DNA of 64,000 bases from Promethearchaeota archaeon (GCA_016930515.1 JAFGGO010000108.1:32224-96223); one strand, 5' to 3'; numbered from the stretch's first letter, positions 38,704 to 49,501 are shown. The notes: generated by a model not told the origin, from the sequence alone. Numbers and translations are program-made.

Positions 38704-38887
38704 TGTGAAGAAAATCTTGATATTTAATTCTCAAAAGAATTTATCTTAATTAAAATAATTTTTAGTTATAAAGCATAAATAATAATGCAAATAACCTGAA
38801 AAATATAAATCTAAAAGGTAATATCGATAAAAGATATTACAAAGGAAATATTTTCACACTTACTTATTATTTTTTTGAGTTATTAAA

Positions 38888-39085
38888 TTGAAAGGAACAA
38901 GGCGAGCTGAGGTCATACCGGGAAAAAGTGTATTAATCGTGTTGAAAAAGGATCAACATTCAGGGAAATTAACCCAAGGTATTGTAAAAGATGTGCTAAC
39001 AAATTCGCAAAATCACCATCACGGAATTAAAGTCAGGCTGGTTGATGGGAAAATTGGAAGGGTTAAACAAATAATGAAATCTTAA
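38888..39085 (+). CDS. YwbE (DUF2196) family small protein
   Basis: VLKKDQ.SGKLTQG.V...LTNS..H.HGIKVRL.DG.IGRV. Confidence 0.85.
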   Translation: MKGTRRAEVIPGKSVLIVLKKDQHSGKLTQGIVKDVLTNSQNHHHGIKVRLVDGKIGRVKQIMKS

Positions 39086-39372
39086 TGTGGATTAATTTCA
39101 AAATATTACTCAACAATACAAGAGTATTTAGGTGATGTAACTCTTTTCTCCTCTAGCATGGGTTTTTTAGTAATTATTACTTCTATGTTTTGAAGATTTT
39201 TTCATTAAACAGGGCGATGCTCTCTTAAACTGCGCCTATATTGATTTGTTCTTCTAAGTGGGGTACCTAATTATTATATGAGATTCCCCGCACCATTGTC
39301 TTTAAAAAGAAAACAATTTGTTTTTTCTATCGTGAAAAAGGGAACGAACCCACTAAAATAAGAAAACAAGAA

Positions 39373-40803
39373 ATGAAAATAAGAATGTTAAAAGAAACAA
39401 GAAGAATGACCGGAACGGTCAAATGGTATGACGAAAAGAAGGGATTTGGATTCGTAACACCCGATGTAGAGGGAAAAGACGTGTTTCTACATCATACTGC
39501 CCTGCAACCTTCAGAAAGTGAATTTTTTATTACAGGAGACCGAATCACCTTCACAATCGAAAGTAAAGATAAAGGGCTTACTGCTCTCGAAGTAAGGCGA
39601 TTCGAAGAAAAAAAAGAGGGTGTTCCGTCCTTGAAAAAAGAGGATCTTAATGGAGCGGCATTCAAGAATCTCGATCTTAACTCTGACATCTTACGAGCTA
39701 TTGAAGATATTGGCTATGCTTTCCCAACGCCAATTCAAGCTCGAGCAATTCCCGTAATCTTAGAAGGAAAAGATTTATTGGGATGTGCTCAAACTGGAAC
39801 TGGAAAAACAGCGGCCTTTGCACTTCCCCTCCTCCACCGATTATGTCAATCCTTACGATGCGAGAAAAAACAAATTAGAAATAATCGTCGTATAAAAGCC
39901 TTAATTTTATCTCCCACGAGGGAGTTGGCAATTCAAATAGGAAATAATTTCAATATTCTTGGAAAATATACGGGACTTAAATCCACGGTAGTTTACGGTG
40001 GAGTAGGACAAAATCCACAAGTTAACGCATTAAAAAGAGGAGTTGATATTTTGGTCGCCACGCCTGGACGATTGCTTGATCTGAATAGACAGGGTCACTT
40101 GGATTTAAGCTACATCGAGGTGCTAGTCTTAGACGAAGGGGATAGGATGCTCGATATGGGTTTCATTCACGACATCCGAACAATCGTAGACATGGTTCCT
40201 AAAATAAATCGGCAAACAATGCTCTTTTCGGCGACGATCCCTAAAGAAATTAAACAATTTGCACGTGCTATATTAATAGATCCTATAGAAATTGATATAT
40301 CTCCCGAACAACCTACCTTGGATGTTATCGAACAAGCGGCTTACATCGTTACGAAATCTAAAAAACAGGTTCTATTGGAATCATTACTAAGAGATCCATC
40401 AATGGAAAAAACCTTGGTTTTCACTCGTACCAAGCATGGCGCAAATAAAGTCGTTAAAAGCTTATTGAGAAAAAGATTTTTAGCCGAAACAATTCACGGG
40501 GATAAGTCACAAACCGCCCGTCAAGCAGCCTTAAAGAATTTTCGCTCTGGAAAGACTCGAGTACTCGTGGCAACTGATGTAGCCTCGCGCGGGATCGATG
40601 TGGCTGATATTTCACACGTAATTCAGTTTGATTTACCAGACACTCCAGAAACTTACGTGCATCGAATAGGACGTACAGCACGTGCAGGTGCTAAGGGTAC
40701 GGCCCTTGCCTTCTGCGAGCACGACCAGCATAAAGACCTAAAAGAAATCGAGCAGTTAATCCAAATGCGCGTGAAAATCGTTAAAAATCATCATCATTTT
40801 TAA
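39373..40803 (+). CDS. DEAD-box RNA helicase (RhlE-like) with N-terminal cold-shock domain
   Basis: CSD: GTVKWY..KKGFGFV..DVFLH. Helicase: PTPIQ, AQTGTGKT, PTRELA, TPGRL, DEGD, SAT and HRIGRTAR. Start may be 39406. Confidence 0.9.
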   Translation: MKIRMLKETRRMTGTVKWYDEKKGFGFVTPDVEGKDVFLHHTALQPSESEFFITGDRITFTIESKDKGLTALEVRRFEEKKEGVPSLKKEDLNGAAFKNLDLNSDILRAIEDIGYAFPTPIQARAIPVILEGKDLLGCAQTGTGKTAAFALPLLHRLCQSLRCEKKQIRNNRRIKALILSPTRELAIQIGNNFNILGKYTGLKSTVVYGGVGQNPQVNALKRGVDILVATPGRLLDLNRQGHLDLSYIEVLVLDEGDRMLDMGFIHDIRTIVDMVPKINRQTMLFSATIPKEIKQFARAILIDPIEIDISPEQPTLDVIEQAAYIVTKSKKQVLLESLLRDPSMEKTLVFTRTKHGANKVVKSLLRKRFLAETIHGDKSQTARQAALKNFRSGKTRVLVATDVASRGIDVADISHVIQFDLPDTPETYVHRIGRTARAGAKGTALAFCEHDQHKDLKEIEQLIQMRVKIVKNHHHF

Positions 40804-41106
40804 TTATCTTAAAATTTTTATATTCTCTATCAAGAAAAAATAACAATAGTAAGAATCCTACTCAACCAATACCGATGAGGATATATCTGAAGTAATCAAC
40901 TATTTTTTCTTTAAATTATCTTCGAAACGCAATCATGAATACACGATTGAATAGATATAAAATATGATTATTAAAATCTACGCGATATGGTTTTGATACA
41001 TTAATCATCTAAAGACTACTTTAATTTAGGTTTTAGAGGTGCTAAAAAATTAAAGAATAAAAATTATTGAAGATGTTTACTATCGCAAGATTCCATTCAA
41101 TGGAAT

Positions 41107-41478
41107 TTAGCAATTACAATTACATTGCCCCTTCGTCTTTCCAGTTATGAAAAGAACTGAAAATAATAGCACCAATCCGATTACCATGATCGTAAGCGTT
41201 AATTGCCTTATGTCTTCGGGAAGCGATGGAACCAGGAATAACATCAAAATTGAAATGAGAAACATTAAAAAACCTATTACTCCAATAACGATTACTACTG
41301 GTTTTACTATTCTACCTATTCTTTCAGAAAAATTGTTTCTTTTTTCCTCTCCTTTTCCTTTATGGGTGTATTGTGGGACTTCTGAAGGAGTGGATTTTGA
41401 AACTTGCGACTCTTTAGCACAATAAGGGCAATCTGTTAAACCTTGGGATAGTTCTCTTCCGCAATTCTTGCAATATAT
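41107..41478 (-). CDS. Unannotated zinc-ribbon membrane protein with ATA start and C-terminal CNCNC
   Basis: Manual translation gives (I/M)YCKNCGRELSQGLTDCPYC, two TM helices, then GQCNCNC*. GGTGA RBS just upstream of the ATA; no in-frame ATG/GTG/TTG before the upstream TAA. Confidence 0.7.
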   Translation of the reverse strand: MYCKNCGRELSQGLTDCPYCAKESQVSKSTPSEVPQYTHKGKGEEKRNNFSERIGRIVKPVVIVIGVIGFLMFLISILMLFLVPSLPEDIRQLTLTIMVIGLVLLFSVLFITGKTKGQCNCNC

Positions 41479-41662
41479 TTTTTTTTCACCTTTACCTAAA
41501 GTAATACCTAACGAGATTTATCATATTAATGATGGTATAAAATTTTTGTGAAAATCTAAAGGCGTTATGTGCTCTTTCTATTAGAATAATTATAAATCCA
41601 ATATGGCTTAAAGAATTGCCTTGATACGAAGTATTATTATAAAAGAAAAAAAAAGGAGATAA

Positions 41663-43570
41663 TTATTGTTTATTTTTGCTCCTCAAACGTTTTAGAGCAA
41701 CCAGGATTGATATTGAAGAAACACCAACGAGAGGAATAAAAGCGTAACCGTTAATAGCCTCATTAGAAAGAGTTGGGGTTGCGTAATACGCGATAAATGT
41801 TGGATCGTGTACTATCCTGCGTCCCGACCAGGTGGGGTAGTTTACCGTTTCAATACCATAATAACTGTAAAAATCGTCAAAAGCGGGATTGTCCGATACG
41901 AGGTCTTCAAGGGAAAAGAGAAGGCTGGAAAACGGATCCATGCTGTTTCCCCCGTAAAGTGGCCCCATGTTCTGCTCGGCTAAAGACGTGATGATCTTGG
42001 CGATGGTTCCTCCTTTAGACTCTTTTACGGAATTCATCCCTGGTGCTGGAAAGTCATATATCGTGTAATTCTTTTTTAAAGGATTTACCATGTCAATCTC
42101 GCCGATGGGAACTCCTCCCACCTCGAAGTTAAAAATATCTGCAGGCTTACTTAGCATGGTATTTGTTGTCTGGTTAATATCTGAAGAAGCCATAAAATAG
42201 GTGTAATGTGGCATCGATAACGATAATCCTAGGTCATTGACTCCCTGGTAAAAAGATTCGTTTGTTATCCTTGGAAGGTCTACGGTGTAATCCAAACTCG
42301 AATTAGTGTTTTCAATAGTATAATCGAAGCCAAAAGAGAAGTTGCCTGGAGAGGCTTCAGCGTAATTCAAACCTCGTATTGAATAATCCTCCATATTGAT
42401 ATATGGTAAGGAATTGTAGATCGGTTCTGTCATATAGCTACTAAAATCATAAACAGCACCATAGATGGGATATTCTGGATATAAAATGTCCCAGGAAATG
42501 GTGTCTCCCTCGTTCGTTGGTGGATTAAAAACAATACCATTCGATATATCATCGATTGACTTATCGGCAGGGAATATAATTGAAATGTTTTGATTGTATG
42601 CCATCGCTAATATGTCATCATCTTCTATTTCGCTGAAATTCTCCTTGTAATATGATTTGAGTATTTGATTTCCATATAATCCTAGAGGCATTATGGACCC
42701 CATATATTCCGCTGATGAATACAAGGAAGGTCCAGCATAGATTGAACTTCCAGATCCCCCAGAGGGATTTGACATTCCTGCTGAATATATACCATTTCTG
42801 TCAGTATCGTTAAAAACCATATAGTTGTAAAACATGTCCATCCAGGCAATGTTATCTCCATTTTCGGTTGTAAATATTTGGGTTGTTAATATCATCGGCA
42901 TGGTGAATTCATAATCCACTTGTTGATGCAATATGAGCGGTGTCGTATAAGAATAGTCCGATGAATAGTTATACTGATCCTCGTAGTGATATATTGAATT
43001 ATAGCCTCCATCTACTATTGAATCGTTCTCGTAATATTTTTCCACCATCGTATAGGTATCGTTGTAATAAGTATCGTAAGTATAATTATAAATAGTGGAT
43101 TGGTCTAAAATCCACATGTCAATGTACCAATCGAATTTTTTTCCCGCCATCCAAATTAATTGAACGCTATCACCATATGTGGCTTCCACGCGATAAACAT
43201 CAATGTTCATCTCATTTGTATAATTTCCAGACATTGTGATCTTGTTATAACTGCTATAATTCGACTTACTATAACCTTCTGAATGACATTCTAGATAAGA
43301 TAACGGATTACCACTTGAATCTAGGGTGTAGTTGTCGCAATAATAAATATAACTGTAAGTGTATTCATCGCTTCCAGTATAATTGGATTCCACTATTTCG
43401 TTTTCCCAAATGCTGACTTGATATACATTGAACATTTCTTCGCCCCAGTTGTAAATCGCATTGATTGGGGTCTTTGCTGCCTTAACCGGAGGAATTAAAA
43501 AACAAAGGCTTGCGATTATCAATATTGGAATAAATCCAATTGAAATTGATTTTGGTTTCATTTTTGTCAC
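41663..43570 (-). CDS. Secreted Tyr/Asn-rich surface glycoprotein with Loki-CTERM-like anchor
   Basis: Signal peptide; C-terminal INGY + TM + basic tail. Shares W.G..I..DPTF.AY with 8603..10198. Confidence 0.8.
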   Translation of the reverse strand: MTKMKPKSISIGFIPILIIASLCFLIPPVKAAKTPINAIYNWGEEMFNVYQVSIWENEIVESNYTGSDEYTYSYIYYCDNYTLDSSGNPLSYLECHSEGYSKSNYSSYNKITMSGNYTNEMNIDVYRVEATYGDSVQLIWMAGKKFDWYIDMWILDQSTIYNYTYDTYYNDTYTMVEKYYENDSIVDGGYNSIYHYEDQYNYSSDYSYTTPLILHQQVDYEFTMPMILTTQIFTTENGDNIAWMDMFYNYMVFNDTDRNGIYSAGMSNPSGGSGSSIYAGPSLYSSAEYMGSIMPLGLYGNQILKSYYKENFSEIEDDDILAMAYNQNISIIFPADKSIDDISNGIVFNPPTNEGDTISWDILYPEYPIYGAVYDFSSYMTEPIYNSLPYINMEDYSIRGLNYAEASPGNFSFGFDYTIENTNSSLDYTVDLPRITNESFYQGVNDLGLSLSMPHYTYFMASSDINQTTNTMLSKPADIFNFEVGGVPIGEIDMVNPLKKNYTIYDFPAPGMNSVKESKGGTIAKIITSLAEQNMGPLYGGNSMDPFSSLLFSLEDLVSDNPAFDDFYSYYGIETVNYPTWSGRRIVHDPTFIAYYATPTLSNEAINGYAFIPLVGVSSISILVALKRLRSKNKQ

Positions 43571-43827
43571 AAAAATAATAGGTTATTGAAAAACAATTCA
43601 AGCTAGTTAATAAACCTATCCTCAAAATGAGGAATACATTATTGATGATTTAGGGGATATTTATTTTGATGTGAGTAAAACAGAATTAGTAGGTAAAAAT
43701 ATTAATTAAAAATCTTGAAGAGATGCTTTGTTTCTGCTTTAAAAAAACAGTTTAAGGGAAAAAAAGAAAAAGTAAAATTAGTTTATATCTGGTTTTTTAG
43801 AAATTACTCTCTTTTTTTCAACGCTCT

Positions 43828-45879
43828 TTACTTCAGTCTTCGTTTTTTTTCCGAAATTGGTTTCGCTATTACGTGTTTTGTTCTTTTGTTTCTCGATAAC
43901 AATCCAAATAAGACTAAAGCAATAGATATAATAATCGCTCCAATAATTACAGATAGAAAAAGATGTTCTGAGAGTTGATTTAAAGCCTTCAAAACGCCAG
44001 AAGTATTACTATTATCTTCTTCTGTCTCTAAAACCTTAATAATAACTATATCGCTTGCAGAACTCCCATAACCGTCTTGAATTACGATTAAGAATGCGTA
44101 TTCGCCAGTAAACAAGTAATTTAAGGAAAGCGAAATATTTTCTCCAGGTTGACACGATTGATCAGCAACTACGGAGATACCATCGTGATAAATTGTGAAG
44201 GTAGGATCCAGCGTGCTAATGTCCGAGAAAATCCAATTTAATTCGATTGAATCAGTGATATTTAAAGTCAAATCTTCTGGTTTTTGCGTGAAAACTGGTA
44301 TTTCGTTCGTGACTGACACGTCAACAAAATCGATGTACGAATCCATGCCATCAGTGATTTCAAAAGAGTAAGTATGGGTTCCTTCCCCTAATCCATCAAT
44401 GTTCAAACTTATTTTAAAATATCGAGAATAAATACAGTCATCTTGTAATAAAATTCCATCCCTGTAAATTGCATAAGATTTGAGGAACGGCGAATAATCC
44501 ACGACGGTCCAATTCAATTCCCCTCCTTCGGTGCCTACCTCGTATTCGACGTCTTCTGGAGAATCTAAAACAAATGGTTCAACATTCATTAAAGGAAACC
44601 TATCTTGACCAGATCCCGAACCAGTAATATTGTAGGGATCGTCTCCAATTCCATCGTGATTAGCGTCGACTCCAGCATAATCGCTCCAATAATTTCCTAT
44701 TAACCCATTGTCCCACTCATTATTCGGCGAATCTTCGTCTGCGTTTTCACCGTTTTCCACGAAGGTATTAAAATATACTATATTATCGTAAGTACTTATA
44801 TCGCTGTAAATCCCTTTTGAATTATTGTAAATGATGTTTTTATATACAACATTTTCGAATCCATTATGAAAGTATATTGCACTCCCCGAATGATTTTCTA
44901 TCACATTCTCACTTATGAAGAAGTGATGTCCAAGCCCATTTATATCTATTCCATCTTGACCGTTATTCCGAATGGTATTCCCCGTTATTTCGTTTTTACG
45001 CGTTCCCTGCAAGTTAATCGCGTCTAGCGCGTTATTCCATATAATATTCTGTGAAATACTATTTAAATTAGAACCAAACAGGAAGATCGCGTTGTGATGA
45101 TTTGAATAAATGGTGTTTTTTAAGATAATGCACGAATCAGAAGCACCTAAATAAATGGCTTGATTTGTCGATTCAAATATTTCGTTTTCAGAGATAGACA
45201 AGTTGTTAGAACTCGAGCTGTATATCCCGTGAGATTGGCTAAATGCGATCGTGTTTTTTGTAATGTTATTAAAAGAGTTGTAGTTAAATTGAAGGCGCAT
45301 GCCATAACTTGAATCGTTAATGTAATTATTTGAAATGAGATTCCTCTGGCAATAGCTACTTAAATATATGGCACTTTCGGAACGAAATATGTTATTTTCT
45401 GAAATCACATTATCTATTGAATAGAAATACAACATGACTCCATAAGTGTTATCAAAAAGAGTATTGTCAACTACTTCTCCTCGTGAAGAGTTCTCTATCC
45501 AAATTCCTGCATCAGCCGCATTAGTAACCGTGCAATTTCGTACCTGATAATACTCATTTTTCGAGTTGACGATAAACACCCCATTGCTTGATGGAGAATT
45601 GCTTGCGTTTATCACGCAATTTTCTATAACATAAGGATCGCTCTCGGTTCCCGAACCGCTACACCATGGATATAATGTAGCTGTATTCGACCAATTCCCG
45701 GGAATGCTTCCGTCGATATATATATAATCAGGATAATAAACTGCTGATGCCTTAATGCTTTTCAACTTTCCATCTGACGAAATAGTCCTTGTTTGAGAAT
45801 GCATAATAAGTCCCAATACTCCTGAGAGACAAAAGCTTGCTATTAAAATCAAATTAAGTATCTTTTTTTTCATTTTCAT
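43828..45879 (-). CDS. NosD/parallel beta-helix repeat surface protein with Ig-like domains and C-terminal TM
   Basis: GSGTESDPYVIE, many N.I..N PbH1 repeats, GNYWSDY.G.D...DGIGD.PY and D.FPL; likely start MKMKKK. Confidence 0.88.
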   Translation of the reverse strand: MKMKKKILNLILIASFCLSGVLGLIMHSQTRTISSDGKLKSIKASAVYYPDYIYIDGSIPGNWSNTATLYPWCSGSGTESDPYVIENCVINASNSPSSNGVFIVNSKNEYYQVRNCTVTNAADAGIWIENSSRGEVVDNTLFDNTYGVMLYFYSIDNVISENNIFRSESAIYLSSYCQRNLISNNYINDSSYGMRLQFNYNSFNNITKNTIAFSQSHGIYSSSSNNLSISENEIFESTNQAIYLGASDSCIILKNTIYSNHHNAIFLFGSNLNSISQNIIWNNALDAINLQGTRKNEITGNTIRNNGQDGIDINGLGHHFFISENVIENHSGSAIYFHNGFENVVYKNIIYNNSKGIYSDISTYDNIVYFNTFVENGENADEDSPNNEWDNGLIGNYWSDYAGVDANHDGIGDDPYNITGSGSGQDRFPLMNVEPFVLDSPEDVEYEVGTEGGELNWTVVDYSPFLKSYAIYRDGILLQDDCIYSRYFKISLNIDGLGEGTHTYSFEITDGMDSYIDFVDVSVTNEIPVFTQKPEDLTLNITDSIELNWIFSDISTLDPTFTIYHDGISVVADQSCQPGENISLSLNYLFTGEYAFLIVIQDGYGSSASDIVIIKVLETEEDNSNTSGVLKALNQLSEHLFLSVIIGAIIISIALVLFGLLSRNKRTKHVIAKPISEKKRRLK

Positions 45880-46427
45880 TATATTTTCCTCAATTTTTTG
45901 GAATTTTAATGCAAATTTATAATTTTCATTAAAACATGCATTTAACTTATAACAAAAAAAAATCAAATAACTTATAAAATACTCTGGTGCAAATTTGAGA
46001 TACTTGGGTTTCAGGACGAGCCAAATTTACATCCTTGAAATTCAAGAATTATGATGTCGCTTAAATAATACCAATATTATTAGATTCTGAATTTAATAGA
46101 AAAATTAATACTTATAATTCATAAAATACCTTAAGATTTCCAATTCTTTCATAAAATCCTTTATCTTCAAGATATTGCCTGAGACTGGAACTATTTAGTA
46201 AACATAATCCATTTATGTATGTTTTTAAATCAAAGAGTTTTCAATGATGAAGTCGTATTTCCTAATATTCTCTCAGAATTCATTAAAATAAAGATTTTCT
46301 AATACTAAAGGTTTGTTTTGTATAATTGGAATTGTAGTTTGATTTATTTTTTAAAATCTCTAATTTTTTTTTGTTTGTTATTTTACTAACTTTAACAATT
46401 GAATAACTTGATATATGTGCATAATTA

Positions 46428-46703
46428 ATGACCGAACAAAAAAAAGTTGGACACGCTCAACACTTAAAAGCGGTTAATAATCCCATTCGAAAAGAGATGC
46501 TCAAGCGAGTCAATGCCGTTAATCAAATATTAGAAGTTGACCTGTTGAATGGATTAAAAAAGGATGATATACTTAACGACGAAAACACATTTCAATATCA
46601 TGCAAGTTTTCTCACTCAAGCCTTATGCATGGAGAAGGTTGAAACTGAAGGTGAAGTATATTATAAGATCCTCCCTGGTGGCAAAGTCGTTGAGAATTTC
46701 TAA
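46428..46703 (+). CDS. Small ArsR-like winged-helix protein
   Basis: LKAVNNPIRKEML...FQYH...L...Y.I...G pattern. Confidence 0.7.
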   Translation: MTEQKKVGHAQHLKAVNNPIRKEMLKRVNAVNQILEVDLLNGLKKDDILNDENTFQYHASFLTQALCMEKVETEGEVYYKILPGGKVVENF

Positions 46704-46744
46704 TTCTTATTTAGATAGATATTTCGCATTATTGCTAAATGAAA

Positions 46745-47626
46745 TTAAGTAATTATTTTTCGAATGGTATCCCTAACAAGCGGAGAATTCTCGCAATTTT
46801 TCACGACGATTGAAAGCCTGTTATTTTTTATCTCGTTTCTTGAAGCAATCCTTTCGTACATGAGGTAAATTTCCGATATATTTTTTCCGTAAAGAAATAA
46901 TACAATGGATGGTGATACGGAACCTGCGATTCTCCAGTATTTAAGACTCTGCTCTTTCTTAATGTTTTCATATATAGCTTTTGAGGGACCAATTGTTTCA
47001 AACGACGCAATTCCAGTGGACATCTCCGTAATCGCCTCAAAGTTTATCACGGGGGTGTATTTAACGAGGCGCATGTTGTCAAATCTTTTTAATCGACGGC
47101 TTATTGTCTTTTCGCTCACTCCCAATTCTGCTGCTATATCTCCAATTGATACCCTGCTATTATCCAACAATTGGTAAATAATTTTCCAATCGAGCCTTGA
47201 AAAAGGGATGTCGGAGGGCAGGTGCATTCGAACTTCCGCTCTTCCTGTTAAATTCGCTCCGATCTTAAGGAGAGCGACATTAATCTCTTCGATATGCTTT
47301 GCGTCCTTGCTAAAAAGTGTAAAAGTATAACTTCCATCTAATTGTTGCCATATGCGTTCTATTTCTGGAATCCCTTGTAAATCCTTAAAAAACTCATCAG
47401 ATGACTTATAGGGGGGAGGTCGTAGAAAAACGATATGCTGACGAAATCCTAGTCTATTATAATTGAAATTTACCTTAAACCTCTCAATCACTCCATCTTG
47501 GATCATCAAATCTACTCGGCGAGATACGCTTCTAACTGAAACGTCTAAATTGTTTGCAACCTCTGAATATGATATCCTGCAATTCTTGTCCAAGATTTTT
47601 AAAATTTGAAAGTCAAGGTTATTCAT
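46745..47626 (-). CDS. Lrp/AsnC-family regulator with tandem duplicated HTH modules
   Basis: Two LD..I...L..N.R.S...A..L.VS...V/ISRR units. Confidence 0.88.
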   Translation of the reverse strand: MNNLDFQILKILDKNCRISYSEVANNLDVSVRSVSRRVDLMIQDGVIERFKVNFNYNRLGFRQHIVFLRPPPYKSSDEFFKDLQGIPEIERIWQQLDGSYTFTLFSKDAKHIEEINVALLKIGANLTGRAEVRMHLPSDIPFSRLDWKIIYQLLDNSRVSIGDIAAELGVSEKTISRRLKRFDNMRLVKYTPVINFEAITEMSTGIASFETIGPSKAIYENIKKEQSLKYWRIAGSVSPSIVLFLYGKNISEIYLMYERIASRNEIKNNRLSIVVKNCENSPLVRDTIRKIIT

Positions 47627-47796
47627 ATAAAATTCAGTGTCCGATTTGATCGTTATCGATAAAAAAAATGGACATTTTTAGGATTAAAACTTTCGGATTT
47701 TTTATTGATTAGGGTGATAAAAAAATAAATTCAGCGCTCGATTATGATAGAATAATCATTTGTAATTATAATTTAAAACTATGAGAGATTAAAAAA

Positions 47797-48357
47797 ATGA
47801 TAAAAGATTATAAAATAACGACTTGTGGTTTAAGTTGCGATTTATGTGATGCTAATACTACGAAGATTCAAGATCAAGCCAAGTACCTTCTAAGGGTTTT
47901 TGAAGATCCCATGTTTCTGGGAATTTTATCTATGACGAATCCAGAATTTAACATTAAAAACATTCCCCCGTTCAAGGAAGTCTTGGATATTCTCATGAAA
48001 TTTATGCCTTGTCCGGGCTGTGAAGATAGGGGCGATTGTCCAATTAATTCATGTGCTCGAGAGAAAAATATTTCAGATTGTAGCGCTTGTAAGTTCATTG
48101 ATGTTGAAAATGAAATCTGTGCTGCACCGCCGGAACCTTCCAAGATGCCTTTTATGCCGCCCGCACCGATATTCTTCAATGGTATCTCTAAAAGGTACAA
48201 AAAATGGAACTTGAAGAACTTAAAATTGATGAAAGATGGTAAAAAATCAGAAATAAACAAGGAAATTGAATCAATGATAAAAAAAGACAAATCCAACCGC
48301 GATCTAATTGATACGACCGTAAATTTATTCAATCAAATGAAGGAAAACCCTCCTTAA
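47797..48357 (+). CDS. DUF3795-like Cys-rich protein
   Basis: CGLSCDLC...CPGC...CPINSC...CSAC. Confidence 0.75.
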   Translation: MIKDYKITTCGLSCDLCDANTTKIQDQAKYLLRVFEDPMFLGILSMTNPEFNIKNIPPFKEVLDILMKFMPCPGCEDRGDCPINSCAREKNISDCSACKFIDVENEICAAPPEPSKMPFMPPAPIFFNGISKRYKKWNLKNLKLMKDGKKSEINKEIESMIKKDKSNRDLIDTTVNLFNQMKENPP

Positions 48358-48370
48358 TTTAACTATTATT

Positions 48371-49501
48371 ATGGTATCTCCTGAATTAAAGACTAAAATA
48401 GAAGAAGAGCAAGAATGGATTCGCCTTCTTCCAAACGATCCCCGTAGGTTTCTTATCGAATCAAGCGAATCCTTTACGCGATATAAGACTCTGGTTGATT
48501 TATTTGAGTTTCCACTCAACCATCCAGAAGTCTTAATCGCACATGATGCCATCCTTCAAGATAAGTTAGTAAACAATTTATTAAATCAATTGTCGGATTG
48601 GGAAAAAGACATCGTTACGGGTCACGATAAACCCGAATATCTGCTTAATCAACTCTGGCTTCTTCTTGATTGGGGAATAAAACCCGAAGACGATCAGAGA
48701 ATGAAGTCCGCAATAGAAACGATATTGAATCATCAAGACGATGAAACTGGACAATTTCTTGCTTATTCGATAACCTACAATAAAGAAACCAAAGAAAAAT
48801 ATCCCATGTGGACAAGTGCTTTATGTGACCATAATTTAATAGTTAGTGTTTTGCTACTCGCAGGTCTAAAGGAGGATAAACGAGTGAAAAAAGGGCTGAT
48901 GAGGTTAAACGAGCTTCTCACCGAAACTACTCAGGGAATGGGATGGAAATGCGTTCCCTGGTTATATCAAAAACGACGGGGGCCAGGTAGGGTTAACGAT
49001 GTATGCCCAATGATCGTTGTAGACGCCCTAAGGGGTTACTACATCTTACCACTCAAAGATAGACCGAAAAAACTGATTGATGCGGGAAAAACGCTATTAA
49101 ATTGCTGGATCAATAGAACCAAAGAAAAACCTTACATGTTTGGACACGGAAAACACTTCAGACAACCCCGTGCTCCTTTTTTTTGGTACAACATTGGTAC
49201 AGTCTTAGATGCGTGTCGGCACTACCCCGAACTAGTTAGGACTCAAGCTTTTCAAGAACTTATTGCAGTTAGTCTCTTAGAATTTCCTTCGAGTGATGGA
49301 TTCATCCCAAAAACTATATATCGCTACTTTAATCAATATTCTTTCGGACAGAAAAAAATGCCCTCCCCTTGGTTAACGCTTTTCTTGTCTAGAATCTATA
49401 AAGACGCTGTGAAAGTAGAACATAGTATTGTTAATTATGTAAAGAACATTGATGCTAGGCAATTTAAAGGATCTAAAGGCGGAGAGAAACATAAAAAATA
49501 A
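48371..49501 (+). CDS. Hypothetical alpha/alpha-toroid (prenyltransferase/squalene-cyclase-like) protein
   Basis: Helical protein with Q..D.G-type repeats, GW.C, and a C-terminal FGQKK..SPWLT; co-oriented with the DUF3795 gene. Confidence 0.5.
   Translation: MVSPELKTKIEEEQEWIRLLPNDPRRFLIESSESFTRYKTLVDLFEFPLNHPEVLIAHDAILQDKLVNNLLNQLSDWEKDIVTGHDKPEYLLNQLWLLLDWGIKPEDDQRMKSAIETILNHQDDETGQFLAYSITYNKETKEKYPMWTSALCDHNLIVSVLLLAGLKEDKRVKKGLMRLNELLTETTQGMGWKCVPWLYQKRRGPGRVNDVCPMIVVDALRGYYILPLKDRPKKLIDAGKTLLNCWINRTKEKPYMFGHGKHFRQPRAPFFWYNIGTVLDACRHYPELVRTQAFQELIAVSLLEFPSSDGFIPKTIYRYFNQYSFGQKKMPSPWLTLFLSRIYKDAVKVEHSIVNYVKNIDARQFKGSKGGEKHKK

Noticed and set aside
39211-39295. Possible structured RNA leader or thermometer upstream of the CSD-helicase
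   Set aside because: Only short GC stems are visible (e.g. GTGGGG/CCCCGC). That is too weak without folding or covariation analysis.
41147-41425. Plus-strand 92-aa ORF
   Set aside because: It is the shadow of the minus-strand zinc-ribbon membrane gene at 41107..41478.
44700-45650. Repetitive Asn/Ile-rich DNA as a possible repeat array
   Set aside because: Explained by protein-level parallel beta-helix repeats; no identical nucleotide repeats with spacers.
45880-46427. About 550-nt AT-rich gap as possible ncRNA or origin
   Set aside because: No GC-rich stems, tRNA fold or repeated ORB-like boxes were seen. It is consistent with a divergent promoter region.
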